From positions 496 through 64,495 of the forward strand of contig JAZUOL010000001.1 in the NCBI GenBank assembly GCA_045604605.1: a stretch of DNA of 64,000 nucleotides, in the 5' to 3' direction. Positions within the stretch are counted from its first letter, which is position 1; every line of letters begins with the position of its first letter. The notes under the pieces were generated by a model. That model was given only the letters and a program-made list of their open reading frames with translations. It did not search any database and was not told the origin of the DNA. A program made the position numbers and the translations under genes. Shown piece after piece: positions 45,574 through 54,790 of this stretch. This stretch comes from Acutalibacteraceae bacterium. GTDB lineage: Bacteria > Bacillota > Clostridia > Oscillospirales > Acutalibacteraceae.

Positions 45574-45602
45574 AGTTTACCACACAGGTTTTTATATGTC
45601 AA
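45574..45602 (-). promoter_or_regulatory. Promoter of scfA-scfB
   Basis: Minus strand: TTGACA (45602-45597), 17-nt spacer, TGgTAAACT (-10 at 45579-45574). Confidence 0.55.
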
Positions 45603-45684
45603 TTGAATTTTAAGGTTAATATATTTTATTTTTTTTGAATATATCATATAAAAGGCGATTTTGCAAAATTCGGGAGATGTAACA

Positions 45685-46713
45685 ATGACAGAAATATTAA
45701 AATTTTCACCCTTGTCCTTAACTTCAATAATTCTTACCCTTGCAGTTGTTTTTGTCAATGGTTTAACAGATGCACCCAATGCTATTTCTACCGTAACAGT
45801 TACAAGATGCATGAAGCTGAAATCAGCTTTGTTGATGTCTGCCGGCTTTAATTTTCTCGGTGTTGCAGTTATGAGTGCTATAAACAATTCTGTTACTGTA
45901 ACGGTTGCAAATATAGTGGATTTCGGAAGTGATACATATTCTGCTTCCGTTGCACTTTCTGCCGCTCTTTTCAGTATTGTTTTCTGGGCGGTGCTTGCAT
46001 GGTATTTCGGTATTCCAACCAGTGAAAGTCACGCTCTTATTGCAGGTCTTTCAGGCAGTGCCATTGCAATTAATGGTGGGCTATCAGGTATAAACGGAGA
46101 AGAATGGATTAAAGCAGTAAAAGGGCTTTTCACATCTTGTTTATTTGGTTTTATTGTAGGGTTTGTTATCTGCAAATTGATAATTACGCTTTTCAGAAAT
46201 ATAAAAAGGAAAAATACAGAACAGTTTTTTAAATATGGTCAGATTTTTGCTGCTGCAGGAATGAGCTTTATGCACGGAGCACAGGATGGACAGAAATTTA
46301 TTGCGGTATTAATGCTATGTATGAGCTTTTCGGGAAATGACCAAGGAGAGGAAATGAGTGGGGATTGGAAAATAATTCTTATTTGCTCAGTTGTTATGGC
46401 TTTAGGTACAATGTGCGGTGGCAAAAAAATCATAAAATCTGTTGGTATGGATATGGTGAAGCTTGAAAAATACCAAGGCTTTTCTGCCGACCTTTCCGCT
46501 TCACTTTCGCTTTGGGTAAGTACTGTTTTTGGGTATCCTGTTTCCACCACTCACGCAAAAACAACTGCAATGATGGGGGCAGGTACTGCAAAAAATATAA
46601 AATCCCTGAATCCGTCAGTTATAAGGGAAATCGGATTGACGTGGATTTTAACATTCCCGGGATGTGGGGTGATAGGGTTTTTGGTGACTAAAATATTTCT
46701 AAAAATATTTTAA
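45685..46713 (+). CDS. pit: Inorganic phosphate transporter, PiT family
   Basis: GLTDAPNAI and GAQDGQKF PiT signature repeats. ATG 45685 preferred over TTG 45661. Confidence 0.85.
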   Translation: MTEILKFSPLSLTSIILTLAVVFVNGLTDAPNAISTVTVTRCMKLKSALLMSAGFNFLGVAVMSAINNSVTVTVANIVDFGSDTYSASVALSAALFSIVFWAVLAWYFGIPTSESHALIAGLSGSAIAINGGLSGINGEEWIKAVKGLFTSCLFGFIVGFVICKLIITLFRNIKRKNTEQFFKYGQIFAAAGMSFMHGAQDGQKFIAVLMLCMSFSGNDQGEEMSGDWKIILICSVVMALGTMCGGKKIIKSVGMDMVKLEKYQGFSADLSASLSLWVSTVFGYPVSTTHAKTTAMMGAGTAKNIKSLNPSVIREIGLTWILTFPGCGVIGFLVTKIFLKIF

Positions 46714-46743
46714 CTGGTAGCTGGCAACTGGCGACTGGTAGCT

Positions 46744-46771
46744 AAAAAAGACGGCAAAAGCCGTCTTTTTT
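46744..46771. terminator. Bidirectional intrinsic terminator (pit / GH38)
   Basis: AAAAAAGACGGC-AAAA-GCCGTCTTTTTT. Confidence 0.8.
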
Positions 46772-49700
46772 AATAATCTTTTCCCCAATTTTTTCTGTTG
46801 TAGAATTTCTTATCGTGGAGATTTTTTAATTTTCTTTCTTTTTTGTACTGTTTTTTCTCTTTGCGGGTCATTCTGAACTTGAATTTTCTTTCCTTTACTT
46901 CCTCGCAAAGAGGTGTTACAAGACCACCAAGAGTGCCTTTTATTTCAGTTGCAGAAAGAATGACAATATCTTTGTTTTTAGGAAGTGTGATTTCTGTTTC
47001 ACCGTTCAAATCAATTTCAATCGTGAAGAAATACATCGATTTTGCAGTAACATCCTCGTAATCCCTGTGGCAATGAGTGAATTCGTAAGCAACCTTGCAA
47101 TCTTTAATTCTTGCGGTTTCCCCGAAATCATACATATCCCAACGTGCAGGTCTTTGGAAAGCATCGGGAATAAATTTTACAATGACTTCATTGCCAAATT
47201 TGAATTTTGCGTTTTTGTCGCCACCAATGGAGTTGCAAAGAAGAATAAGTTTAGAGGTATTGTTACTAACAGTGATTTTCTGTCCATTACAGGCAATTGC
47301 ATTTTTGCCCTCTTTCTTTATTTCAAAATCAACACCACCGATTGTGATATTATCAGGTGTGATTTCATAAGGGATTGTATATTTGAAGTCGCCTAATTTA
47401 CCTTGTTTTGTAATCAACTGTTTATCGGGCTTCAAATCAACGGGAGTTGAAATTGCCTTTTCGGTGTTTATTGTGCTATTTTTAAGTGTAAGGGCAAAGG
47501 ATTTAATTTCATAGGGCTTGAAATCTGTAACAAGCTTTCCGTCAACAACCTTTGCTTCACCGCGATATTCTTCACTTGCAAATACTTCTCTTGCGCTTTC
47601 AATACCGTTGCCCAATGTGAGAGTGAAGTTTTCAACATTTTTATTTGCACCCTCGCCAAGACGAACAATAATTTCATCGCTTTCCTCAGCCTTCTTCATA
47701 GCACGGATGATAATGTTATTTGTTGAAACATTACCGAACGAGTATTCTGTACCGAGAACACCATCGTGTTTATCACAAACCACTGCGCACATTGGCTGAG
47801 TGAACATTCTTGCCTGAAGCTGAGTAGCTGAACCCACTTTGCCATTATGGCTGAAAATGCCGAATGCATATCTGTTAAGTCCCAAATCCATCATAGACTG
47901 CATTGAATCTATACGGTAGTTACCTTTTGGGGTATGAATAACTGTAAGGCGGAGAGTGTTGTTGTCAAACTTATCCCAACCATATTTGCATTCGCTGATA
48001 ACAGAAACGCCGAATTCACCGCTCTTATCTGTAATATCTGCCCATTTCTGCGCAGGTACTTCATAGAGCTGTTTTGTCATATTACCGCGTTCAATTGCAC
48101 CAAGTCCAAGGTCATAAAGTGCTTTTTCGTTGTCTGCAGTAAAGGTGAAAACATTTTTAGCCATTGTCTGAAGTGACTGCCACTCGATTTCCGAGTAAAC
48201 CTCAACTGTTTCGCCACCGTCAGTAAGGGCAATTATATTTGTAAATGTGCTTCTGTCGTCTTTCTGAGTTACCTTATATGCAACTCTTGCAACGCCATTT
48301 TCGACCTCTTCAATGTTCACAAGGGCGGGTTTTCTGTCGGGCTTTTTATTTGCCTCGTCAAAGTTCATTTCCCAGGCAGGCCAATCCCAAGAGCCTGTAT
48401 AGTTAAAAAGACCAATTTCAACAGGAGCTTTAAGGATTTCTTTGTTGTTAAGCGTTTTGTCAATTATTGAGCAAATATCACCATTGTTGTTGAGTTTAAC
48501 AATGTATTTGTTGTTTTCAAGAGTGTTGTTACCAATGAAAATTTCAGGGTCAACGCAACAGGGTGAATTGCTTTCACGGATATCATAGACCTTTAAACCA
48601 AGGCTTTTAACATCTGCAATAAATGTGATTTCAATCTTGGTATCGGAAAGCTTTTTGCTCTGGGATTTAATTTCTGTCGCCCCATCAAAAACCTTAACAT
48701 ATTCGCTTTTGATGTTTTCAAGGCGAATGGTAACTGCGCCGTGTCTGTCTGCTTCAATGGGGTTATAAACAGTAACGGGAGTGCCCTTGCAAGAACTTAT
48801 ATTCATAAGCTTTGCAACAGAAGAAACCGCGCCCTCAATTTCGCTTTGGAATTGATTCATTGAAACGTAAAGGTCATTCCAGGAGCGCTTGTAAACTCGC
48901 TGACAGGATGTGCCGGGCATATCATCATGGAAATGGTGGGAAAGAACTCTTTTCCAGGAGCGAGTAAGACTTTCACGGTTATAGTCGTATGAACCGAGCC
49001 AATCGCCTAAAACAGAGCTGCGCTCTGCCATATCTGCAAGCTCTTCTGCTCTCCTGTTCCAACGCTTGCTCATAACTCTTGAGGTGTAACCTCCGATAGC
49101 GTGCTCGCTCATAACAAGCTCGTTGTTCCATACAGGAAGCTTTTTCTTTTGTTCCGATGTAAGCTGTTCATCAATATCTCTGTAATACTGGTCGGCAGTT
49201 GCAGCAATAACCTCAATATCACTTTCGTTGTTTTTGTTGATTTCCTGCTCAACATATGCAACAGATTTCTCCTTAGGTGCACCACCTCTGTCACCAACTC
49301 CGTGAAATACAGTGGTCCAAGGGAAATCATATTGTTCATTTTCTTTGAATTTTTCTTCTATAAAATCCCAATCACGTAATTTATCAAGTGATTTACTGTA
49401 TGAACCAAGTTTTAAAGTGGTATAAATCTCGTTACCGTCCACACCGCGCCATCTGCCAGTGTCGAAGGGTACACCGAAAGCACCGCCCCAGCTTAATTTC
49501 TGGGTGGTGAAGCCTTTAAGGTTTGCGTGGTGCATTATGCTGGGTAATGCCCAGCCAAAGCCAAAGCAGTCGGGTAGATAAATGTCACAGGAGGTTTTAC
49601 CGAATTTATTGCGGAAATAGGAATTACCTATAAGAATATTTCTGAAAAGTGCCTCGGGAGAGGGAACATTAACATCACCGTTCTCATAAGCAGAACCACA

Positions 49701-49946
49701 AACATTCCAACGACCGTCTTTAATGTATTCGGTCATTTTTTTGAACTGTTTGGGGTAGTATTCCTCCATAAGCTCATATCTGTAAGCACCCTCAAAATTG
49801 AATTTATATGTAGGGTATTTTTCTAATAAATAAAAGTTTTGCTTGAAAGTATCGTCTATGTATTGGTCGATGCTTTCTTCTAAATCCCAACTCCACACGG
49901 TATCAAGATGAGCAGTTGCAATTGTGTAAATCTTTTTCTTTCCCAT
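46770..49946 (-). CDS. Glycoside hydrolase family 38 alpha-mannosidase, cytosolic
   Basis: IATAHLDTVWSWD N-terminal GH38 motif, HHFHDDMPGTS; ~1058 aa. ATG 49946 after AGGAGA. Confidence 0.85.
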   Translation of the reverse strand: MGKKKIYTIATAHLDTVWSWDLEESIDQYIDDTFKQNFYLLEKYPTYKFNFEGAYRYELMEEYYPKQFKKMTEYIKDGRWNVCGSAYENGDVNVPSPEALFRNILIGNSYFRNKFGKTSCDIYLPDCFGFGWALPSIMHHANLKGFTTQKLSWGGAFGVPFDTGRWRGVDGNEIYTTLKLGSYSKSLDKLRDWDFIEEKFKENEQYDFPWTTVFHGVGDRGGAPKEKSVAYVEQEINKNNESDIEVIAATADQYYRDIDEQLTSEQKKKLPVWNNELVMSEHAIGGYTSRVMSKRWNRRAEELADMAERSSVLGDWLGSYDYNRESLTRSWKRVLSHHFHDDMPGTSCQRVYKRSWNDLYVSMNQFQSEIEGAVSSVAKLMNISSCKGTPVTVYNPIEADRHGAVTIRLENIKSEYVKVFDGATEIKSQSKKLSDTKIEITFIADVKSLGLKVYDIRESNSPCCVDPEIFIGNNTLENNKYIVKLNNNGDICSIIDKTLNNKEILKAPVEIGLFNYTGSWDWPAWEMNFDEANKKPDRKPALVNIEEVENGVARVAYKVTQKDDRSTFTNIIALTDGGETVEVYSEIEWQSLQTMAKNVFTFTADNEKALYDLGLGAIERGNMTKQLYEVPAQKWADITDKSGEFGVSVISECKYGWDKFDNNTLRLTVIHTPKGNYRIDSMQSMMDLGLNRYAFGIFSHNGKVGSATQLQARMFTQPMCAVVCDKHDGVLGTEYSFGNVSTNNIIIRAMKKAEESDEIIVRLGEGANKNVENFTLTLGNGIESAREVFASEEYRGEAKVVDGKLVTDFKPYEIKSFALTLKNSTINTEKAISTPVDLKPDKQLITKQGKLGDFKYTIPYEITPDNITIGGVDFEIKKEGKNAIACNGQKITVSNNTSKLILLCNSIGGDKNAKFKFGNEVIVKFIPDAFQRPARWDMYDFGETARIKDCKVAYEFTHCHRDYEDVTAKSMYFFTIEIDLNGETEITLPKNKDIVILSATEIKGTLGGLVTPLCEEVKERKFKFRMTRKEKKQYKKERKLKNLHDKKFYNRKNWGKDY

Positions 49947-50140
49947 AACCACATCTCCTAATGGTAAATATAGGGAAATTATATAATATAAAACCTTGGT
50001 TTGCAACAGGATTTGTATGTTAAAATGCCCAAATATTAAGGTGTTTTTTTGGTAGTATAAATGTTTTAAAATTCTTGAAATATGTGGTAAAAGAAATATA
50101 ATAGTAGGTGAAGATTTCTGTTTGGAAGGATGGTATAAAA

Positions 50141-51232
50141 ATGGATAAAATTTTAAAAATCGGTATCATCGGTTGCGGTGGTATTGCTAACGGAAAACAT
50201 ATGCCTGCTCTTAAAAAGGTTGAGGGCGTTGAAATGGTTGCTTTCTGCGATATTGTTAAAGAACGAGCAGAAAAAGCTGCGGAAAAATTCGGAACTCCCG
50301 ATGCTAAAGTTTATGAGGATTACAAAGAACTCCTCAAGGACGAAAGTATTGATGTAATTCATGTTTGCACACCTAACCGCTCTCATAGCTTTATTACTAT
50401 TGATTCTCTTGAGGCAGGGAAGCATGTTATGTGCGAAAAGCCTATGGCTAAAACTTACGAAGAAGCAAAGGCTATGTGCGAAGCAGCAGAAAGAACAGGC
50501 AAAAAGCTTTCTATCGGTTATCAGAATCGTCAGACTGCCGAAAATCTCTATGTAAAAAAATGTGCAGATGCCGGTGAACTTGGCGAGATTTACTACGGTA
50601 AGGCACTTGCTCTTCGTCGTCGAGCAGTTCCCACATGGGGCGTTTTTCTTAATGAATATGAGCAGGGCGGCGGTCCTCTTATTGATATTGGTACCCACGC
50701 TCTTGATATGACTCTTTGGATTATGAATAACTATGAACCTGAAATGGTTGTTGGTCAGACCTTCCGCAAGCTTGCAGACCAGGAAGAGCAGGGTAACGCT
50801 TGGGGTAAATGGGACCCGAAGGAATATACCGTTGAAGATTCTGCATTCGGTTTTATAAAAATGAAAAACGGTGCAGTTATTAATCTTGAATCAAGCTGGG
50901 CACTTAATATTGCAGATTATCACGAGGCTTGCTATATGGTTTGCGGTGATAAGGGCGGCGCAGATACAATTAACGATACAGCAAGAATTAACTATATCAA
51001 GCACCAGCGTCAGTGCATTGAGGAACCCAATCTTGATGCAGGCGGTGCAGCATTCTTTGAAGGACAGAAGGACGGTTCTCCTGCAGAAATGGAAGCCTCC
51101 TCTTGGATTAATGCTATCAGAACTGACACTGATCCCGTTGTTTTACCTCGTCAGGCTCTTTGTGTAACAAGAATTCTTGAAGCAATTTATGAATCTGCAA
51201 AAACAGGTAAACCCGTATATTTTAACGATTAA
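50141..51232 (+). CDS. Gfo/Idh/MocA-family NAD(P)-dependent oxidoreductase
   Basis: IGIIGCGGIANGKH Rossmann start; CEKPMA motif. Confidence 0.8.
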   Translation: MDKILKIGIIGCGGIANGKHMPALKKVEGVEMVAFCDIVKERAEKAAEKFGTPDAKVYEDYKELLKDESIDVIHVCTPNRSHSFITIDSLEAGKHVMCEKPMAKTYEEAKAMCEAAERTGKKLSIGYQNRQTAENLYVKKCADAGELGEIYYGKALALRRRAVPTWGVFLNEYEQGGGPLIDIGTHALDMTLWIMNNYEPEMVVGQTFRKLADQEEQGNAWGKWDPKEYTVEDSAFGFIKMKNGAVINLESSWALNIADYHEACYMVCGDKGGADTINDTARINYIKHQRQCIEEPNLDAGGAAFFEGQKDGSPAEMEASSWINAIRTDTDPVVLPRQALCVTRILEAIYESAKTGKPVYFND

Positions 51233-51245
51233 TAAGGTGATAAAA

Positions 51246-51974
51246 ATGAAATTCGCAGTACAGCTTTATTCCGTTCGTGACCATATCGAAAACGGAAATG
51301 ATATGTTAGAAATTCTCGGCAAGGTTAAGGAAATCGGCTTTGACGGTGTTGAATTTGCAGGCTATTTCGGACTTGATGCAGAGGTTCTTCGCGCAAAATG
51401 TGAGGAATTAGGTCTTGAGGTTGTGGGTAGCCATTTGGGTCTTGATGATTTCAAGCCCGAAAATCTTGATAAAACTCTTGCTTATGGTAAAGCTCTCGGC
51501 GCAAAATACCTGGGTGTTGGTGGCGCACCTCACTCCACTTATGAGGAAGCAAAAAACACAGGTGATGTTCTCAGCGCTGCCGGTGTGAAGGCAAGAGAAA
51601 TGGGTATGGACACATATTATCATAACCATACAGAAGAATTTGAGGATATTAAAGACGGCAAAACTGCTATGGATGTTATTTCCGAAAACGGCTGTAAGCT
51701 TGAGGTTGATACATATTGGAGCTTCTGCGCAGGTATTGACAATAGCAAATATCTTCCCGAAAACAAAGATAAAATCATACTCATTCATATTAAAGACGGT
51801 GTTAATCATAAGCCTATGGCACTTGGTGAAGGTGAAAACGATTTAGCTAAGGTTATTGAAGGTGTAAATGCAATCGGTCTTGATTGGGTTATTCTTGAAA
51901 ATGATGACCCGGTACCCACAGGCTTGGAAGACATCACAAGAAGTTATGCTTGGTTAGAAAAAAACTTTAAATAA
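51246..51974 (+). CDS. Xylose-isomerase-like TIM-barrel protein (sugar phosphate isomerase/epimerase family)
   Basis: QLYSVRD start, GFDGVEF, HNH, IHIKD segments typical of the family. Confidence 0.7.
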   Translation: MKFAVQLYSVRDHIENGNDMLEILGKVKEIGFDGVEFAGYFGLDAEVLRAKCEELGLEVVGSHLGLDDFKPENLDKTLAYGKALGAKYLGVGGAPHSTYEEAKNTGDVLSAAGVKAREMGMDTYYHNHTEEFEDIKDGKTAMDVISENGCKLEVDTYWSFCAGIDNSKYLPENKDKIILIHIKDGVNHKPMALGEGENDLAKVIEGVNAIGLDWVILENDDPVPTGLEDITRSYAWLEKNFK

Positions 51975-51993
51975 GAAAAGGATTTATCGAATT

Positions 51994-52965
51994 ATGAAAC
52001 TTGGTGTTCTTACTAATTTATTAGGTTCTGTTTCCCTTGAGGAAGCATTGAAATATTTTAAATCTCTCGGTCTTGAAATGGTTGAAATCGGTTGTGGCGG
52101 TTATCCCGGTAAGGACCACGCAGACCCTGATATTCTTCTTAATGACGAAAAAGCATTAGAGGATTTTAAAGCACTCCTTAAAAAATATGATGTTGAAATC
52201 AGTGCTTTGAGCTGTCATGGTAACCCTGTTCATCCCAATAAAGTAATTGCCAAATCTTTTGATGAGGATATGCGAAAAGCAGTTCTTCTTGCTGAAAAAT
52301 TAGGTGTTCATCAGATCAACACATTCTCAGGTTGCCCAGGTGACTGCGAAACCGCAAAATTCCCCAACTGGGTAACTTGTCCCTGGCCAAATGATTTCGG
52401 CGAAATTCTTGAATATCAGTGGAATGAAGTTCTTATTCCTTATTGGAAGGAATTTGTTAAATTCAGTACCGCTCATGGTGTTGATAAAATTGCTCTTGAG
52501 CTTCACCCCGGTTTCTGTGTTTATAACACAGAAAGCCTTTTGAAGCTTCGTAATGCAGTTGGTAAAGAAATCGGAGCAAACCTTGACCTTTCACACCTTA
52601 TCTGGCAGGGAATGGATCCCGTTGCAGTTATTCGTGCGTTGGGTAAAGAGGGTGCAATTTTCCATTTCCACGCAAAAGATACTAAGATTGATGCTATTAA
52701 TACAGCAGTTAATGGTGTCCTCGATACAAAATCTTACGCGGACGAAATCAATCGTTCTTGGATTTTCCGTTCAGTAGGCTTCGGTAATGGCGAATCATAT
52801 TGGCGTGATGTAATAAGTAATCTTCGTATGGTGGGCTATGACTATGCAATCTCTATTGAACACGAGGATTCACTTATGAGCCAGAACGAAGGTCTTGAAA
52901 AAGCAGTTGCTCTTCTTAAGAATTGTATTATCAAAGAAGGCCTTGCAGCAGCCTGGTGGATATGA
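51994..52965 (+). CDS. Xylose-isomerase-like TIM-barrel protein (second, longer paralogue)
   Basis: GLEMVEIG, LELHPG, HFHAKD, SIEHED segments. Confidence 0.7.
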   Translation: MKLGVLTNLLGSVSLEEALKYFKSLGLEMVEIGCGGYPGKDHADPDILLNDEKALEDFKALLKKYDVEISALSCHGNPVHPNKVIAKSFDEDMRKAVLLAEKLGVHQINTFSGCPGDCETAKFPNWVTCPWPNDFGEILEYQWNEVLIPYWKEFVKFSTAHGVDKIALELHPGFCVYNTESLLKLRNAVGKEIGANLDLSHLIWQGMDPVAVIRALGKEGAIFHFHAKDTKIDAINTAVNGVLDTKSYADEINRSWIFRSVGFGNGESYWRDVISNLRMVGYDYAISIEHEDSLMSQNEGLEKAVALLKNCIIKEGLAAAWWI

Positions 52966-53022
52966 GTTCGCTTTGCTCACAGTGAAGAGATAATAGTGAA
53001 GAGTGAAGAGGTAAAATTTATA

Positions 53023-54072
53023 ATGGATAAAATTAATGTTGTTGTGGTTGGTTACGGCGGTATGGGTAATTACCACGCTGAAAAAATAGCGGGTTTTGAA
53101 AATTTTAATCTTGCAGGTATATATGATATAAAGCCTGAAAGATGTGAATTTGCGGAAAGTAAGGGCTTTTATGCTTATCCGTCATTTGAAGCGGTGCTTG
53201 AAGATGAAAAGGTTGAGCTTATCGTTTGCGCTACATATAATGATGTTCACAAGGATATAGCAATCCGTGCTATGAGAGCAGGAAAAAATGTTATTTCTGA
53301 AAAGCCTGTTACTCTTTGCTCGGAGGATTTGGAAGAAATAATTGCCGTTGCGAATGAAACAGGCAAGCTTTTCACAGTTCATCAGAACAGACGTTGGGAC
53401 AACGATTATCGCACAATTAAAAACATTCTCGATAAAAATGAATTGGGTCCCGTTTTCTCAATGGAATCAAAGGTTTATGGCTCCAGAGGTGTTCCGTCAG
53501 GTTGGCGAGCAGAAAAGGAGCATGGTGGCGGAATGCTTCTTGACTGGGGTGTTCATCTCCTGGATCAGGTTCTTATGCTCAATGAAGGTAAAAGAATAAA
53601 AAGCGTATACGCATCCCTGACTAATGTTACAAGCCTTAAGGTTGATGATGGTTTCCGTGCAATTATCAAATTTGAAAATGGTCCCGAATGCCTTGTGGAA
53701 GTGCTTACTAATAACTTTATTGAAGCCCCTCGTTGGTATATGGCAGGTGAAAACGGAACTGCTATTATAAGAACATGGGATATTGAGGGCGAAATAGTTA
53801 AAATCAAGGATTGGGAAAAAATGGATGCTGTTCCTGTGCAGATGGGTGCAGGTATTACAAAAACAATGGCACCAAGAACACCTGAAACAATTCAGACATT
53901 CCCTCTTGAGGTTATAGAGGTTCAATGGGCAGATTATTATAATAATATTTATGATGTTTTAAGAAATGGTGCAAAACCATTGATTACTCACGACCAACAA
54001 AGAAGACTTATGAAGCTTATGGAAGCGATTGTAGAGTCATCAGAGAAAAATGAAGCGATTTGTTTCGAATAA
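53023..54072 (+). CDS. Gfo/Idh/MocA-family oxidoreductase (second copy)
   Basis: VVVGYGGMGNYH Rossmann start; SEKPV motif. ATG 53023 preferred over GTG 52996. Confidence 0.8.
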   Translation: MDKINVVVVGYGGMGNYHAEKIAGFENFNLAGIYDIKPERCEFAESKGFYAYPSFEAVLEDEKVELIVCATYNDVHKDIAIRAMRAGKNVISEKPVTLCSEDLEEIIAVANETGKLFTVHQNRRWDNDYRTIKNILDKNELGPVFSMESKVYGSRGVPSGWRAEKEHGGGMLLDWGVHLLDQVLMLNEGKRIKSVYASLTNVTSLKVDDGFRAIIKFENGPECLVEVLTNNFIEAPRWYMAGENGTAIIRTWDIEGEIVKIKDWEKMDAVPVQMGAGITKTMAPRTPETIQTFPLEVIEVQWADYYNNIYDVLRNGAKPLITHDQQRRLMKLMEAIVESSEKNEAICFE

Positions 54073-54158
54073 ATTTATGCGATTTTTTCAAAACACTTGC
54101 ATTTTTTAACCAGAAATGGTAAGATATAAAAAACTGTCATTGAAAGGATGGAAAGAAT

Positions 54159-54722
54159 ATGAAAAAAAGAGTGTTGGCTACAATACTTACAGTATGTCTT
54201 CTTTTTAGTGTGATGGCTTGTGTAGCAAGTGCAGCGTCAGATATTACCATAGGTGAAATAATTTCATCAAAGAGAATTTGTCCCGGTAATACTATTGATT
54301 TTAACTTTATTCCCAGACCCGAAACCGAGGGCGGTATTTATTCAGAAGGTTGGGAGATAACTAATGCAAATGGTGACTGGGTTCCATATGATGGCGAGCC
54401 TATCAGCGAAAATGCAGGCACCTTTAAGTTAAGATATTTTGCAGCTGATGCAGATGGTGAATATGCATATTCTAATGAATGTGTTGTTACTGCTGCGCAC
54501 AACCCCACTGGTGGATATCAGATGAGCGGTATTGAGCATTGGCGCATTTGTGCTGATTGCGGTGCTGATGCAGAAATAGGCGCGCACGACCATCTTTCTG
54601 CAGATGCAACAGCAAATAATAAGGTTTGCACTGTTTGCGGTCATGTAAGAACTTCTCAGTACACAGGTATCCTTGCATTCTTTGAATGGATTTTGGACCT
54701 TGTATTCTCACTTATCGGCTAA
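54159..54722 (+). CDS. Secreted Cys-containing protein with C-terminal hydrophobic anchor, unknown function
   Basis: Signal peptide ending ASAAS. CADCG ... CTVCGH pairs. C-terminal ILAFFEWILDLVFSLIG. Confidence 0.45.
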   Translation: MKKRVLATILTVCLLFSVMACVASAASDITIGEIISSKRICPGNTIDFNFIPRPETEGGIYSEGWEITNANGDWVPYDGEPISENAGTFKLRYFAADADGEYAYSNECVVTAAHNPTGGYQMSGIEHWRICADCGADAEIGAHDHLSADATANNKVCTVCGHVRTSQYTGILAFFEWILDLVFSLIG

Positions 54723-54727
54723 TAAAT

Positions 54728-54790
54728 AAAAATTCCTGAATTACTCTCTTAGGTTTTAATAACCTGAGAGAGTTTTTTTCAGGAATTTTT
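54728..54790. terminator. Nested bidirectional terminator between convergent genes
   Basis: Inner 13-bp stem 54743-54755 / 54761-54773 plus T7. Outer stem AAAATTCCTGAA / TTCAGGAATTTT. Confidence 0.75.

Noticed and set aside
45322-45887. Track ORFs 45322..45522 (66 aa) and 45519..45887 (122 aa) on the minus strand.
   Set aside because: The first is a wrong-frame reading of the scfA locus; the SCIFF frame with GGAGG and the hallmark Cys core is 45389..45541. The second is antisense to the pit 5' region and the AT-rich promoter spacer.
50141-54072. Calling the GFO-TIM-TIM-GFO block an inositol (iol) operon.
   Set aside because: The family content is compatible, but iolB/C/D/J, a transporter and iolR are absent from the window. 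I left it as an open alternative in the finding rather than a call.
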